The notes below the pieces were generated by a model. The model saw only the letters and a list, made by a program, of their open reading frames with translations. It was not told the DNA's origin and did no database searches. DNA of 64,000 bases. It comes from the human T2T-CHM13v2.0 reference genome, Homo sapiens. Shown in pieces: positions 27,078 through 47,032 of the stretch. Position numbers and translations under genes: made by a program. The DNA is taken from the NCBI RefSeq assembly GCF_009914755.1, contig NC_060930.1; one strand, 5' to 3'. Position 1 is the first letter of the stretch. Each line of letters opens with the position of its first letter.

Positions 27078-27644
27078 TGTAAACCAAAAATAAAATTCTA
27101 AGGCCCCCCAACCATCTGAATGACCCCCTCCTCTTGACCCTCCTCCTCCAAAATTAACCTGAAAAACTTCAGGCCATGATGATAAGGGGGAACTGGACAT
27201 GCCTCATTATACCCTCCTCCCTTTTGAAATTACTGATAGAACAGACTCTAAGTCTAGCAAGAAATATTTACAATCTATTTTTTCTGAAGCCTGCTATGAT
27301 GAAACTTTGGTCTCCACAACCCCTTATCATAGCCTAGATATTTCTGTCTATTAATAATAACTCTTCCAACTAATTACCAATCAGAAAATCTTTGATCCCA
27401 TCTATGACTTGGAAGCCCCACTTCCAGTTGTCCCACCTTTCTATACCAAAACAATGTATATCTTACATGTTTTGACTGATGCCTTGTGTCTCCCTAAAAT
27501 GTTAAAACTAAAGTTGTGGCCCAACCACCTTGGGCATATGTTCTCAGAATCTTCTGAGGGCTGCATCATGGGCTGTTGGTCACTCATATTTGGCTCAGAG
27601 TAAATCTCTTCAAATATTTTACAATTTGACTCTTTTCATCAACA
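27078..27644 (+). mobile_element. MER4B-like solo LTR
   Basis: tgtaaaccaaaaataaaattctaaggcccccc start; aaatctcttcaaatattttaca...tcaaca end. Confidence 0.85.
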
Positions 27645-27649
27645 GTTTG

Positions 27650-28560
27650 ATTTATTTTTAATAATAATGCATTTTAGATATGCACAAAGATATAGAGCAT
27701 TGTAGAATAAATACCCATATATCCATCATTCTGCTTGAGAAATCAATTGTTACTAATATAATTAGAACCTCTTGTGTACTACTTCCTGATCCCAATACTC
27801 TCTCTAAACCATATTCTCCAGAGGTAACGATCAACTTGAATCTGATGTGTTACCTTTCTCATATCTTTACACCTTTGCTACATATATTTGTAACTGACCT
27901 AAAAAAATAGAGTATTGTAAAGTTTTAAACTTTATAAAATTATATCATAATATGTGTATTATTCTGTAACTTACTTTACATGCTTTCTTTGGAGGTTATC
28001 CATGCTGATACATGAAGCACTAGTTCTTTCATTATCATTGCTGTACGGGATTCAATGTATAAAAAAGTCAATTTATCTAATAATCCACTTATTGCTGAAC
28101 TGTACTGTTTTCAAGTTTTTTACTGTTATAATGCTATGCTAATATTCTTGTACATATCCTCTTACACACGTCTGTTTCTCTGAAGACTATACCTAGTTAT
28201 TGCTAAAGAGTATAAGCATGGTCAATTTTACTGGACATTGCCAACTTGATCTTGAAAGTGATATCGACTTAGAAACTCTAAGCAAATATGTAAGAGCTCT
28301 CCTTGTTACATGTCTTCTCCAAACTTAGTACTTTGTCAATCATATATTATTATGTATTTTGCAGTCTGTAGCCTGTCATTTCACTTTATTTATTATGCCT
28401 GTTGTTATGCAAAACTTAATTCTAACATAGTTAAATCTACCAGTCTTTTTATTCATGGTTTGTGATTTTTGTGTCTTGTTTGCTGAAACCATAGAAATTA
28501 ATGATTTATTGTAGTTCTTTACATATTTGGACTTTATGCCTTGTTAGCTATACATATTGT
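27650..28560 (-). mobile_element. Ancient L1ME fragment (host; further pieces at ~35720-36690 and ~37850-38480)
   Basis: Degenerate antisense L1 3' motifs; ORF2-like LISKCNVIPIRIPIGF peptide at 36262-36459. Confidence 0.55.
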
Positions 28561-29329
28561 TTTCATTGTAATTTTATCTTTAAGTCTTTTATTTGTTATT
28601 TTGCCCTTTTTCTTATTTTTTGAAGTTAAATTTTTGATTTTTATGGATTTAGGGATACAAGTACAGCTGTTACATGGATATATTATATAATTATGAAATC
28701 TGGGCTTTTAGTGTACCCATCATCTAAATAGTGTACACAGTACCCAATAGATAGTATTTAATCTCTTACCCCTCTGCCACCTTCTCACGATTTGGAGTCC
28801 CCAATGTCTATTATTCGACTCTGTATGTCCAAGTGTGCCCATTTTTAGCTCCCACTTATAAGTAAGAACACGTGGTTTTTGATTTTCTGTTTCTGTGTCA
28901 TTTCAGTAAGGATAATGGCTTCCATTTTAATACATGTTGCTGTAAAATATATGATTTCATTCTTTTTATAGCTCAGTAGTATTCCATGGTATAAATATAC
29001 CACATTTTTAATCCAGTCATCCACTGATGGACACTGGGTTGATTCCATGACTTTGCTACTGTGAATAGTGCTACAATAAACATAAGAGTACAGACATATT
29101 TTTTATATAATAGTTTATTTTTCTTTGGGTAGATACTCAGTAGTGGAATTGCTGGATCAAAGAGTAGTTCTATTTTTAGTTCTTTGACAAATCTTCATAC
29201 TGTTTTCCATAGTGGCCTTACTAATTTACATTCTCCCACCAGCAGTGTATAAAGCATTCCCTTTTCTCTGCATCCTCACCAACATCTGTTGGTTTTTGAC
29301 TTAAAAAAAAATCATACTTATTTCTTTGT

Positions 29330-30635
29330 ATTTTTAAAAACTTTTATTTTAGGTTTGGGGGTACATGTGAAGGTGTGTTACATAAGTAAACATATGTCAC
29401 AGGGGTTTGTTGTACGTATGATTTCATCACTCATGTATTAAGTCCAGTACCCAATAGTTCTCTTTTCTGCTCCTCTTCCTCCTCCCACCCTCCCCCATCA
29501 AGTAGACCCCAGTGCCTGCTGTTTCCTTCTTTATGTTCATAAGTTCTTATCATTTAGCTCCCACTTATAAGTGAGAACATGTGGTATTTGGTTTTCTGCT
29601 CCTGCCTTAGTTTGCTAAGGATAATAGCCTCCAGCTTGACCCATGTTCCTACAAAAGACAAGATATTGTTCTTTTTTATAGCTGCATAGTATTCCACGGC
29701 ATATATATACCACATTTTCTTTATCCAATCTGTCACTGATGGGCATTTGGGTGGATTCCATGTCTTTGCTATTGTGAATAGTGCGCAATGAACATTTGTG
29801 TGCATGTGTCCTTATGGTAGAATGATTTATATTCCCCTGGGTATATACCTGGTAATGAGATTGCTGGGTTGAATTGTAGTTCTGCTTTTACCTCTTTGAG
29901 GAATCACCAGACTGCTTTCTACAATGGCTGAACTAATTTACACTCCCACCAACAGTGTATAAGTGTTTCCTTTTCTCTGCAACCTCACCAGGACCTGTTA
30001 TTTTTGGCTTTTTATAGTAGCTGTTCTGACTGGTGTGAGAGGGCATCTCATTATGGTTTCGATTTGCATTTCTCTAACGATCAGTGATATTGAGCTTTTT
30101 TTTCATATGCTTATTGGCGCATGTATGTCTTCTTTTGAGAAGTGTCTGTTCATGTCCTTTGCTCACTTTTTAATGGGGCTGTTTGTTTTTCTCTTGTAAA
30201 CTTATTTAATTTCCTTATAGATGCTGGATATTAGATCTTTGTTAGATGCATAGTTTGCAAATATTTTCTCCCATTCTGTAGGTTTTCTGTTCACTCTGTT
30301 GATAGTTTCTTTTGCTGTTCAGAAGCTCTTAAGTTTGATTAGACCCCACTTATCAATTTTTGCCTTTGTTGCAACTGCTTTTGGTGTCTTTGTCTTGAAG
30401 TCTTTGCCCATTCCTATGTTCAGGACGGTATTGCCTAGGTTGTCTTCCAGGGTTTTTATAGCTTTGGGTTTTACATTTAAGTCTTTAATCCATCTTGACT
30501 AGATTTTTGTGTAAGGTGTAAGGAAGGGGTCCAACTTCAATCTTCTTCTGTGTATGGCTAGCCTGTTATCCAAGCACCATTTCTTGAATAGGGAGTCTTT
30601 TTCCCATTGCTTGTTTTTGTCAGCTTTGTCAATGG
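29330..30635 (-). mobile_element. 5'-truncated L1PA15/16-like element nested in the older L1
   Basis: Second 3' UTR (ggggtacatgtgaaggtgtgttacat); host resumes at repeated tttttgactt (~29293 and ~30639). Confidence 0.75.
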
Positions 30636-31394
30636 TCTTTTTTGACTTTTTAATCATAGCCATTCTGACTGCTTATCCAAGTAAGATAGTGTCTCATTGT
30701 GGTTTTAATTTGCATTTTTCTGATAATTAGTGATACTGAGCATTTTTTATATGTTTGTTTGGTGTTTGTATGTCTTCTTTTGAAAAATATCTGTTCATGT
30801 CCTTTGCCCACCTTTTAATGGAGTTACTTGTTTTTTACATCTTAAGTTGTTTGAGTTCCTTGTAGATTCTGAATAGTAGTCCTTTGTCAGATACCTTGTT
30901 TGCAAATATTTTCAACTTTTCTGTAGGTTGTTTACTTTGCTGATTATTTCTTCTGCTGTGCAGAAGTATTTTAGTTTAATTAAGTCCCATTTGACTATTT
31001 TTTGTTGCATTTCCTTTTGAGGAATTAGTCACAAATTCATTGCCTACACCAATGTTCATAAGAGTTTTTCCTAGGTTTTCTTCTAGAAGTTTTTTTTTTT
31101 TTTTTTAAGTTTCAGGCCTTACATTTAAGTCTTTAATCCATCTTGAGTTAGTTTTTCTATATGGTGAGAGATAGGGGTTCAGTTTCATTCGTCTGCATAT
31201 GGCTCTCCAATGATCTTAGCACCATTTATTGAATAGGGTGTCCTTTACTCAGTGTATATTTTTGTCAGCTTTGTCAAAGATCAGTTGGTTGTAGTCATGT
31301 GGTTTTATTTCTGGGTTCTCTATTTTATGATTTCTATTCTATTGATCTATGTGTCTATTTTTATACCATTACCATGCTGTTTTTGTTACTATAG

Positions 31395-31750
<356 letters not shown>

Positions 31751-33149
31751 TGTTCTTTTTGTTTAGTATTGCTTTGGCTATTCAGATTCTTTTGTGGTTC
31801 CATATGAATTTTAGGATGATTTTTTTTCTTATTCTGTGAAGAATGACACTGGTAGTTCGATAGAAATTGCATTGAATCTATAGATTACTTTGGGCAGTAT
31901 GGTCATTTTAACACTATTGACTCTTCCAATCCTTGAGGATGGGATGTTTTTCCATTTCTTTGTGTCCACCTTAATTTCATTGTTGACCCAACAATCATTC
32001 AGGAGCAGATTACTTAATTTCATGTATTTGTATACTTTCAAGAGTTCCTCTTGGTGTTGGTTTTCTAGTTTTGTTCCACTGTGGTCCAAGAAGATACCTG
32101 ATATGGCTTCTATTTTTAAAAATATGTTGAGACTTGCATGTGGCCTAGAATATGGTCAATTTTTGAGAATGTTTCATATGCAGAAGAGAAGAATGCATAT
32201 TCTGTGGTTGTAGGGTAGAAAGTCCTGTAAATGTCTGTTAGGTCCATTTGGTCTAGCATGTGATTTAAGTTCAGAATTTCTTTGTTGATTTTCTACCTTG
32301 ATGATCTGTCTAGTGCTGTCAGTGGGGTATTGAAGTTCTCCATTATTACTGTATTGGTGTCTATTTTCTTTCTCAGGTCTAGTAGTATTTAAGAATCTGG
32401 GTGCTCTGGTGTTGCTATTGGGTGCATATATATTTAGAATTATTATCTCTTCTTGTTGAATTGATCCCTTTATCATTATATAATATGCTTCTTTGTGTTT
32501 TTTTTAACTGCTTTTGATTTAAAGTCTGTTTTGTCTGATTTAAGTATAGCTATCCCTGCTCACTTTTAGTTTCCATTTGTGTGAAGTATTTTTTCCACTC
32601 CTTTACTTTGAGTTTGTAAATATCTTTACCAGTTAGGTAGGTTTCTTGTATGCAGCATATCGTTGGATTTTGTTTTTAATCTGTTCCATCAGCCTATTTT
32701 TTTTTAATTAGAGCATTTATTTCATTTACGTTTAAGTCCATTTACATTTGAAATGTGAGGTTTTGTTCTTGTCATAATGTTAATTATTACCTAGTTGCTT
32801 TAAATTCTCAATTGTGTAATTGCTTTATGAGATACATGAGTTGTATACTTTCGTGTTTTTAGGAAGGTATCACCCTTTAATTTCCATGTTTAGAACTCCT
32901 TTGAGCATTTTTTGTAAGACCAGTTTAGAGGTGATGAATTCCCTGTGTTTGTCTGGGAAAGACTTTATTTCTCCTTCACTTATGAAGCTTAGTTTAGCAG
33001 GACATAAAATTCTTGGCTGGCATAACTTTTATTTAAGAAGAATGAAATTAAGACCCCAGCCTCTAATGGTTTGTAAGGTTTCAGCTGAGAAGTCTGCTGT
33101 TAATCTGCTGAGATTTCCTTTATAGGTAATTGTACTCTTCTCTCTTGCC

Positions 33150-33236
33150 ACTTTCAGGATTTTTTCCTTCATGTTGACTTTGGATAGTCTGATACTTTCA
33201 GGATTTTTTCCTTCAGGTTGACTTTGGACAGTCCAA
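33150..33236. repeat. ~44-bp tandem duplication in old L1 ORF1
   Basis: actttcaggattttttccttcaKgttgactttggaYagt twice in tandem. Confidence 0.85.
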
Positions 33237-35314
33237 TGACAATATGTCTTAGTGAGATTCTTCTTGCAATGTATTTTCCAGGAGTTCTCTAAACTTCACG
33301 TATCTAAATGTCTAGATCTCCAGCAAGACCAGGGAAGTTTTCCTGAATTATTTCCTCAACTATACTTTTTATACTTTTTACTTTTTCTTCTTCTCCTTCT
33401 GGAATACCTATAACTTGCAGGCTTGGTCCCTTTACATAGTTCCATATATCTCAAAGGCTTTGTTCACTATTATTAAGTTATTTTTTCTTTATTTTTGTCT
33501 GGCTGGGTTAATTCAAAAGACCTGTCTTCCAGGTCTAAAAGTCTTTTTTCTGCTGGGTAAAGTCTATTGTTGAAACTTTCAACTGCATTTTGTAATTTCT
33601 CCAACAAGTACTTTATTTCCAGAAGTTCTGTTTGGTTTTTGTTAATAATATCTATCTCTTATTTCATGTCCTAAATTTTTTTTTCCAATTTCTTTGTATT
33701 GGTTTTTACCTTTCTCTTGGATATCATTGAGCTTTTTTAAATTCAATATTTTGAATTCTTCATTTGGTCTTTCAACTATTTCATTTTGATTAGGATCTGT
33801 TGCAGGAGAATTATTGTGGTCCTTTGAGAGTATTGTAACACTCTGTTTTTTTTTTTCATACTTTCAGAATTGTTTCTCTGGTTCCTTCTCATCTGAATAA
33901 GCATTTTCTCCTTCTTATTTCTGAATTACTTTTGCTTGAATGGGACTTCTCCCCCCTCAAGCTGTCATGTGTGTTTTGTAGCATCCTTTGGGTTTGGTTC
34001 TGGGTGCTTTCAGCGGCAAAGGCTCTGTTTAGGTTCCATGGTTGTAGGTAATCTTTGTGTAGTGGATTTCTCAGATGCTGGTTGTAGTAGCAATGTACTG
34101 GGTATGTAAGCAGGCTCACTACCTCTTGAGAGGCTGGTATGGTGGAGGTCTCAGGAAGCTTATCTCATTCCCTAGTGCTGTGTGCTTGTGTCAACAGATT
34201 TTCTGTTGAGTTGTGCAGTTCATCCTTTAGGCCAGTGGGTGGCACTTATGGATAAGAGCTAATTGTGGCTGACACCGATATAGGCTTGATCTTTGTTTAC
34301 CCTGAGATGTCTTCTGCTGCCTCATGCAATGGGCAATTTTGTGGAATGTACAGTGGTCTAAGCTCCCTGCTCACTCCCCAGATGGAGGTATCAAGCTGGG
34401 CAGGGCCAGACCAGCCAAGCCTGCCTATACATACCCCAATGGCAGGCATAAGTGCTAGGTTAAAAGGGAGTCTGGGAGGCAGCTGCCAACTGCCCATAGA
34501 TGTGCCTGGGCATGGAGTGAAGAAATCTCCACTTCCCCAAGTTCTCTGCCCAGGAAAGGAGGGACAACCTAGACTCTCAATCTAGAAAAGTGGATGCTCC
34601 AAATGCCTGGAGATATGTCCAGGGTGAGCCAAATACCTGGAAATATGTCCCCCAGAGAGGAAAGGAGTACCTGCTGCAGAGTGGAGTAACTGCTGCTACA
34701 ACAGGATCTTGGCGAGGGAGTGGGGAGTGGGTGTGGGGGTGGGAAGAGGCAGCTCAGGCTCCTATTTCAGGCAAGCAGGTACACTGAGTGACTGGAAATA
34801 TACCCAGTTGTGAAGTGGAGGGTTTGCTGCTGCACCAAGTTCTTTGCAAGGGAAGGGAGGTGTGGTTCACACTCCAAATCCAGTCAAGCAGTGCTGGGGT
34901 CCACATGCCTCCACTGGTTGCTTGAAACTGGTGGGATAAATTCCTTCAACTAAGGGAGGAGCGTGGGGCACCTAGCAATGACACACGCAGATCAGGCCAG
35001 GCCACAGAGCTTTTCCTGGCTTCAAATCACACCGCCCAGGAGAAACCACAGCTTCAGCGCTCCCCTCCCACTCTAATCTGGTCACAGGAGACAGCCCAGT
35101 TCAGGCACTTACTTTTGGGGTACAGTCCACACTTGCCACTCAATTCTGGCTGTGGGGACACTTACCCCACTCCAGAGCAAGTGCTCCAATCTCTGATCAA
35201 AGAAGAAAATGCCTGTGATGGCCTCTGCTGCCAGGTGCCAAATAATAAGTGACTTTGTAAGAGACCGGATTGAAAAATGGCACCCTCCTGTCAGTCCTGG
35301 GTCTGGGAAAATGC

Positions 35315-35546
35315 CTATAGCTTAAAGTGGTGTCTTTCTGTCTCATTGTCTTCTGGCCTCTCTCCAAGTGAGATCCAGGGCTTGGGAAAAATAAGGTGTT
35401 CTCCTAAGGCCTTAGTTAGTGCTCTCCTAAGACCTATAGTTGTCTATAGCTTAAAGTGGTGTCTTTCTCTCTCATTGTCTTCTGGCCTCTCCCCAAGTGA
35501 GATCCAGGGCTTGGGAAAAATAAGGTGCTCTCCTAAGGCCTTAGTT
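35315..35546. repeat. 103-bp direct duplication with 26-bp spacer
   Basis: 35315-35417 vs 35444-35546, 3 mismatches. Confidence 0.93.
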
Positions 35547-36700
35547 GGATGCGTCTCTAGTAGAAAAGTGAATCATAGAGGAAGACTCTCTGCCTCTCTC
35601 ATGGACTTGGACTTCATTCACTTTTGTCAGCCAAATGCCATCATGCAGTCTGCTTGTAAATCTTCTCTTCCCCGAGATCTGAAATGTCCTTCATTTTGAA
35701 AGGAAAATACACCCTTTTTCTTATCAATTTGTCAGTGGTACATGTTGCAAATATATTTTCCCTGTTTATAGCTTATCTTTTAATTTTTTATGTTTTTTTG
35801 GTTGAGCAAATGTCATTAATTTTGATGAAGACACATGTATAATCTTTTCCTTTATGATATGTGCATTTTACATCTTATTTAGGAGAAACTTTCTTACCCT
35901 CAAAGCCACAATGATGTTTTCTTCTAAAATGTTTAAAGTTTTATGTTTAAATGTAGGTCTATGATACACCTAGAGATGATATCTGTGTTGGTGGTGTGAA
36001 GTGGGCTCTAATTTCATATTTTTCCACATGGATAACTAATTGCCACAGCACCCCTCAAACCCACTGATTATTACTGTCGCCTCTGCCAAATAATCAGTAA
36101 CCGAATACATATGAATCTGCCTCTGGGCTATCTCTTTTCTTTCATTTGCTTATCTTTCCTTTCTTGTCACATTTTCTTAATTTTTATAGATTTGTAAATC
36201 TTACTACCTAGCAGGGTATGTCTTGATCTTATTCAGTATTTTTTTTTGTATTCTCGACTCTTTATTTCTTTAAGGTAGATTTTAAGGTGAATTTTAAAGT
36301 TCTACCAAATCCTATTGGTATTCTTATTGGAATTACATTACATTTAGAGATTAATCTGAAAGAACCATTATGTTTTGATGACCCAAACATGAACATATAC
36401 CCCTCTCTATTTATTTGCCTACTTTGATATTTTTCAGCAAAGTTTATAATTTTCTTCACAAGTCATGCACATATTTTGTTCAGATTATTTCTAAAGCCCT
36501 TATATTTTAAAACTTCATCTTTTAACTCTCTGTTGCTGACATGTAAACATGCAGATGAGTTTTACATATTGTTCTTATATGCATCAATCTTGCTGAATTC
36601 TTTGCTTAGGTCTCATAAGTGGACAGTAGATTTTCTTGGGCTTTCCATGCAGACAAATGTAACGTCTATGAAAGTGTTTCTGTTTTTTGTAAAAAATCTT

Positions 36701-37845
36701 TATCTTAGTCTATTTTATACAGCAATAACAAAATGCCATAGAGAGGATAATTTATAAAGAAGATAAATTTTGTTTGCTTTTTATTTTGTTATTGATACAT
36801 AATTATACATATTTATGGGGTACATGCTATAGTTAGATACATGCATACAATGTGTAATTATCAAATCAAGGTAATTGAGATATCCATCACCTCAAATACT
36901 TATTATTTCTTTAGGTTGGGAACATTCTATATCTTTTCTTCTAGCTATTTTGAAACATACTATACGCTTTTGTTAATTATAATCACCCTATTATGCTATT
37001 AATCACTAGAACTCACTTCTTCTAACTATATTTTTGTAGCCATTGACCAACCTCTCTTTATCCTCATCTCCTTCCTACCTTCCTGGACTCTAGTAACCAT
37101 CATTCTGCTCTCTACCTCCAGGTGATCAATTTTTTTTGGCTCCCACATTTGAGTGAGAATATGTGACATTTGTTCTGTGTCTTATTTATTCCACTTAACA
37201 TAATGTTCTACAGTTCAGTTCCATCCATGTTGCCTCCAATGACAGGAGTTCATTCTTTTTTATGGCTGTATAATATTTCATTGTATATATACACCACGTT
37301 TTCATTTTCCATTCATCTGTTAATGGATACTTATGTTGATTCCACATCTTTGCTACTAGGAATAGTGCTGCAATAATCATGGGAGTGCAAACATCTCTTT
37401 GATACACTGATTTCCCTTTTTATTGGATACATACCCAGCAGTTGGATTGCTGGATCATATGGTAGTGCTATTTTTAGTTTTTTGAGGAACGGTTATACTA
37501 TTTTCCATAGTTGCTGTACTGATTTACATTCACACTGACAATGCACAAGCAAAGAATAGAAATTTATTTCTCATAGTTCTAGAGACTGGGAAGTCCAAAA
37601 TCAAAGTTTCAGTATCTGGTGTGGCTATTCTTACTGTGTCCTCACATGTTGTAAGCAGAAGAACAAGAGAAGATGACTGTTGTCTCCTCACATGGCAGAA
37701 GAGTGGAAGAGAGAGAACCCACTCCCACAAACCATTTATATGGTGGCATTCATCCATTCCCATTAGGCCCCACCTGCTAATGCTGTTGCATTGGGGATTA
37801 AGTTTCCAATACATAAATTTCAGAAAACACTTTCTAACCACAGCA
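36701..37845 (-). mobile_element. MSTC/MLT1A-like LTR interrupted by an L1MA 3' fragment (~36770-37548, minus)
   Basis: tcttagtctattttatacagcaataac...ataatttataaagaa, resuming at 37551 as aaagaatagaaatttatttctcatagttctag; the insert carries an L1MA 3' UTR. Confidence 0.75.
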
Positions 37846-38014
37846 ATCCTTATGTTATATATATATAGTACAGTAGTAGCTTAAACTCGTGTTAAAATAT
37901 TAAATGTAAACAGTATAGAGGACATTCCTGATTTTTTTCTTAACTTTAAAGCCATATTTTTACATTTCCACCAACAGGTATGATATTAACTGTAGACTTA
38001 AAAATATATATTCT

Positions 38015-38316
<302 letters not shown>

Positions 38317-38619
38317 AAAAATATATATTCTTTACTAATTTAAGAAAGTCCCCTTCTATCTATAAAAAGATTGCTAAAACATTTCATCATCATTGGAAAT
38401 TAAATTTTCTCTAGTGCTTTTTTCCTGCACGTACTTAGATTTTTTCTTCAATCTATTATTGTGATGACTTACATTAATGGATGTGTTACAGTAATAGATT
38501 TGATCATCAGTTTTCTCATATGCAAATACAGAAAATAATCTTTACTTTAGGATTTTTGTGATGTTTAAATTAGAGAGCATCTGTGAACAATTGCCAGGCA
38601 GGCAAAAGATAAAGGCCTA

Positions 38620-39100
38620 CTGTTTCTTGTTCCCCTCCAGATCCACTCTCCCCTCTGGCTCTCTGCCCTGTGACTGTGTTAATGGTCACTGGGCTCTCTC
38701 ACTGTTGTTTCTGGTCAAGTTCATCCAATGCAAGGTGGCAGCAAACTTTTGAAAGATTGGAGGAAGGTGAAGTTGGAGTAGTTATTCCTCCAACCATCAT
38801 CTTCCTAGGCTACAGCATGTTGTCTTCATCCTTCTACAGATGACCTTAGCTCCTATCATGCAGCCCTCTGTATATAGCTATCTGATCCAGATTCTGCTAA
38901 CCACACTTTGTGCCTGCCTCTTTGGGCAGGTGACAGCTCTCCTCTCTTACCCACAGTTACTAGCCTCTGAATGATACTGTATTTCACATTGGTTTCCTTA
39001 AGCTCCACCCACACCTTTGTGAATTGTCCCTTTACTTCACTGTCCTTAAATCAAATCATTTATTTTGTGGCTGTGTTTTGTGCTAACAACCAAGTACAGA
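38620..39100 (+). mobile_element. LTR33-like ancient ERVL LTR
   Basis: cccctccagatccactctcc...ccacacctttgtgaattgtcccttta motifs; highly diverged. Confidence 0.5.
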
Positions 39101-39109
39101 GATAAGTAG

Positions 39110-39769
39110 TGTGTCCAGAATTGGTGGGTTCTTGGTCTCGCTGACTTTAAGAATGCAGTCGCAGACCCTCGCGGTGAGTGTTACAGTTCTTAAAGATGGT
39201 GTGCCTGGAGTTTATTCCTTCTGATGTTCACACGTGTCCAGAGTTTCTTCCTTTTGGTTGGTTCGTGGTCTCGCTGACTTCAGTAATGAAGCTGCAGACC
39301 TTTGCGGTGAGTGTTACAGTTCATAAAGGCGGCGCATCCGGTGTCGTTCGTTCCTCCTGGTTGGTTCGTGGTCTCGCTGACTTCAGGAGTGAAGCTGCAG
39401 ACCTTCGTGGTGAGTGTTACAGCTCATAAAGGCGGCACAGACCCAAACAGTGAGCAGCAACAAGATTTATCTCGAAGAGCAAAACAACACAGCTTCCACG
39501 GCCGTGGAAGGGGATCCGAATGGGTTGTGCTGCTGGCTCTGGTGGCTTGTTTTTATTCCCTTATTTGGCCCCACCCACATCCTGTTAATTGGTCCATTTG
39601 ACAGAGTGCTGATTGGTCCATTTTACAGACTGCTGATTCGTCCGTTTTACAGAGTGCTGATTGGTCCATTTTACAGAGTGCTGATTGGTGCGTTTACAAT
39701 CCTTTAGCTAGACACAAAAGTTCTCCAAGTCCCCACCCGACGCAGAAGCCCAGCCGGCTTCACCTCTCA
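39110..39769 (-). mobile_element. LTR12 (ERV9) solo LTR, 660 bp
   Basis: Minus strand tgagaggtgaagccggctgggcttctg...ggacaca; tandem ~24-bp CCAAT repeats; perfect 4-bp TSD GTAG (39106-39109 / 39770-39773). Confidence 0.95.
39585..39700 (-). promoter_or_regulatory. LTR12 U3 tandem CCAAT (NF-Y-type) array
   Basis: Five ~24-bp units, four with intact ATTGG on plus; AATAAA-type TATA box near 39551-39556 on minus. Confidence 0.7.
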
Positions 39770-40978
39770 GTAGGTTATTCATTTCATCCCACTATAACCT
39801 GGATATGGATGTGGATGGTTGTAAAATCAAGTATTTCTGCTCAGTTGAACATCTATTTAAGTCCTGGGTGATTTAAATGATTTGATCAACAATTATTATC
39901 TCTAATGGTGCAAAATTGTTTTTTCTGTTATCAGTCATTTGGACTACTTGCAGTTTTCAAATCAGTTAAATAAGCAATGTATATAAAGAGCCTAGCACAA
40001 TCCTTTAGGCATTATAAAGACTATAACATTTGCTTTGTTTAAAAGAAAGAATGAAAGGGTTAGGAAAGGGGTTCAGCAGTAGAAATTTGAGCTATTGCAA
40101 TAATTTTGAAGTTCACTGTGCTTTGCAAACCCGATATTACTTCCATTCTGTGATATTATTATGGAAATTAAAGAGCAGAAGTCAGATCTGGAAAGCAAAG
40201 ATATGGGAAATTATTTAACATATCAAAAGGAACCCACGTCTACTCTAATTTTCCTCTTGGTTATGCCAACAATCTTTCTCATTTTGGAATGTCTTTTATA
40301 AGCTTTGTAAAAGGTCATAGACTACATAATGGTCCAGGTAGAGGCTAAGTAGGAGCTGGGGAATGATTGAATCAGCCTAGTGAGAAAACTGTAGCAATTA
40401 TTCATTTGATGATGTTACTGCTTCTATATTTTGAATTATCCTAAGATAATTAAGGTGATAAAAAAGTTAAGGTGAATTTTAAAGTCCAAGTTACTGGAAA
40501 CTATAGTTTTTAAGCTCTTTTTTTGGGGGGGGGGGTTGGTAAACAAATATCTTTGGGAAAAAGCATAATTAAATACAATAATCCAGAGGCCCATCTCTTC
40601 TTCAGTGTTTAAAATGCTGTATTTTAACAAGGTACAAAACAGAGTCCTATTTAGGGAAATAGACAATATGATATTACTGAATTTGGTTATTTGCAGGAAT
40701 AGTCAAAATACATAGTTTCAAAATAGACCCTAAATATAGGGCCCTATTATTGGATTTTGCACATTCCATCTTCCTCACCAGTAATACTAGAAGCAACAGT
40801 GACTTTTGTTTAAAAATGCATATAGAAGCTTTAAAAATTACATAAAAATAAACCAAATAGAAAACAAATGTAATGATTCTCTGAATTTGTACATTTAAAA
40901 TCCCTCCACAGCATTCTATTGTGCCTTCCATTTATGTAAAACAATTTTCTTTCCCAGTCTTTCTTAAAAGTAGCATTC

Positions 40979-46727
<5,749 letters not shown>

Positions 46728-47032
46728 AGGGACATGGATGAAGCTGGAAACCATCATTCTGAGCAGACTATCACAAGGATAGAAAACCAAACACCACGTG
46801 TTCTCACTCATAGGTGGGAATTGAACAATGAGAACACTTGCACACAGGGCAGGGAACATCACACACCGGGGCCTGTCGTGGGGTGGGGGACAGGGGGAGG
46901 GATAGCATTAAGAGAAATACCTAATGTAAATGACGAGTTAATGGGTGCAGCAAACCAACATGGCACATGTATACCTATGAAACAAACCTGCACGTTGTGC
47001 ACATGTACCCTAGAACTTAAAGTATAAAAAAA
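46728..47032 (+). mobile_element. 3' terminal ~305 bp and poly(A) of the same L1 (non-inverted portion)
   Basis: agggacatggatgaagctgg...agaacttaaagtataaaa; 13-bp TSD aaaagtagcattc (40966-40978 / 47033-47045) encloses both parts. Confidence 0.95.

Noticed and set aside
35277-35699. 140-aa ORF with an internal peptide repeat
   Set aside because: Produced by the 103-bp duplication in an L1 5' UTR (period 129 bp keeps frame). No coding evidence.
46728-47032. Independent short L1 insertion next to a full-length L1
   Set aside because: A single TSD pair encloses both parts, and their L1 coordinates are complementary.
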